A stretch of 64,000 nucleotides of DNA from Marsupella aquatica (Eukaryota > Plantae > Marchantiophyta), in assembly GCA_973895155.1 (NCBI GenBank), contig OZ316892.1:15740861-15804860 (forward strand), read 5' to 3'. How positions within the stretch are numbered: position 1 is the stretch's first letter; every line of letters starts with the position of its first letter. A model generated the notes under the pieces. The model was given only the letters and a program-made list of their open reading frames with translations. It did no database searches and was not told the DNA's origin. Shown one piece after another: positions 63,934-64,000 of the stretch. The position numbers were made by a program, and so were the translations under genes.

Positions 63934-64000
63934 ACGTCGGGACGATTGCGAGTCCTCCGAGCCCGACGAGTCGGAGCTTGTTGTGGTTGCACTTTCTCGT

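Noticed and set aside
1-64000. tRNA, rRNA or primer-binding sites
   Set aside because: None recognised; the 5-prime ends of the LTR elements are missing or outside the window.

Overview
Eukaryotic, plant-like transposon nest (GT-AG introns, L1 LINE, CACTA, Ty3/Gypsy). It has no RNA genes and no intact host gene, and almost every ORF carries nonsense or frameshift lesions. In order, it holds: the end of a Mutator-like element; an L1 LINE remnant; an EDM2-like PHD gene and a tandem-BRCT gene next to a CACTA transposase; and a family of Mutator-like (MULE) elements. The MULE family has one copy with exact ends (24133-37305, 9-bp TSD GATTTTTAC, short degenerate TIRs) and three partial copies. It pairs a GCM-like/DDE/SWIM transposase with a divergently transcribed, intron-containing gene encoding a ParB/Srx-like domain fused to a beta-class amino-DNA-methyltransferase-like domain. 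Its introns, intergenic region and subtermini carry over 30 copies of a 15-bp palindrome, TAGCGCCNGGCGCTA, while a more diverged copy carries a different palindrome. This looks like a transposon-borne ParB/parS-like self-recognition system and is the main finding. The window also contains two Gypsy elements whose ~4-kb LTRs appear to enclose a long accessory ORF, a related ORF-less solo LTR, and a chromovirus. All domain calls come from motif recognition by eye, not database searches.
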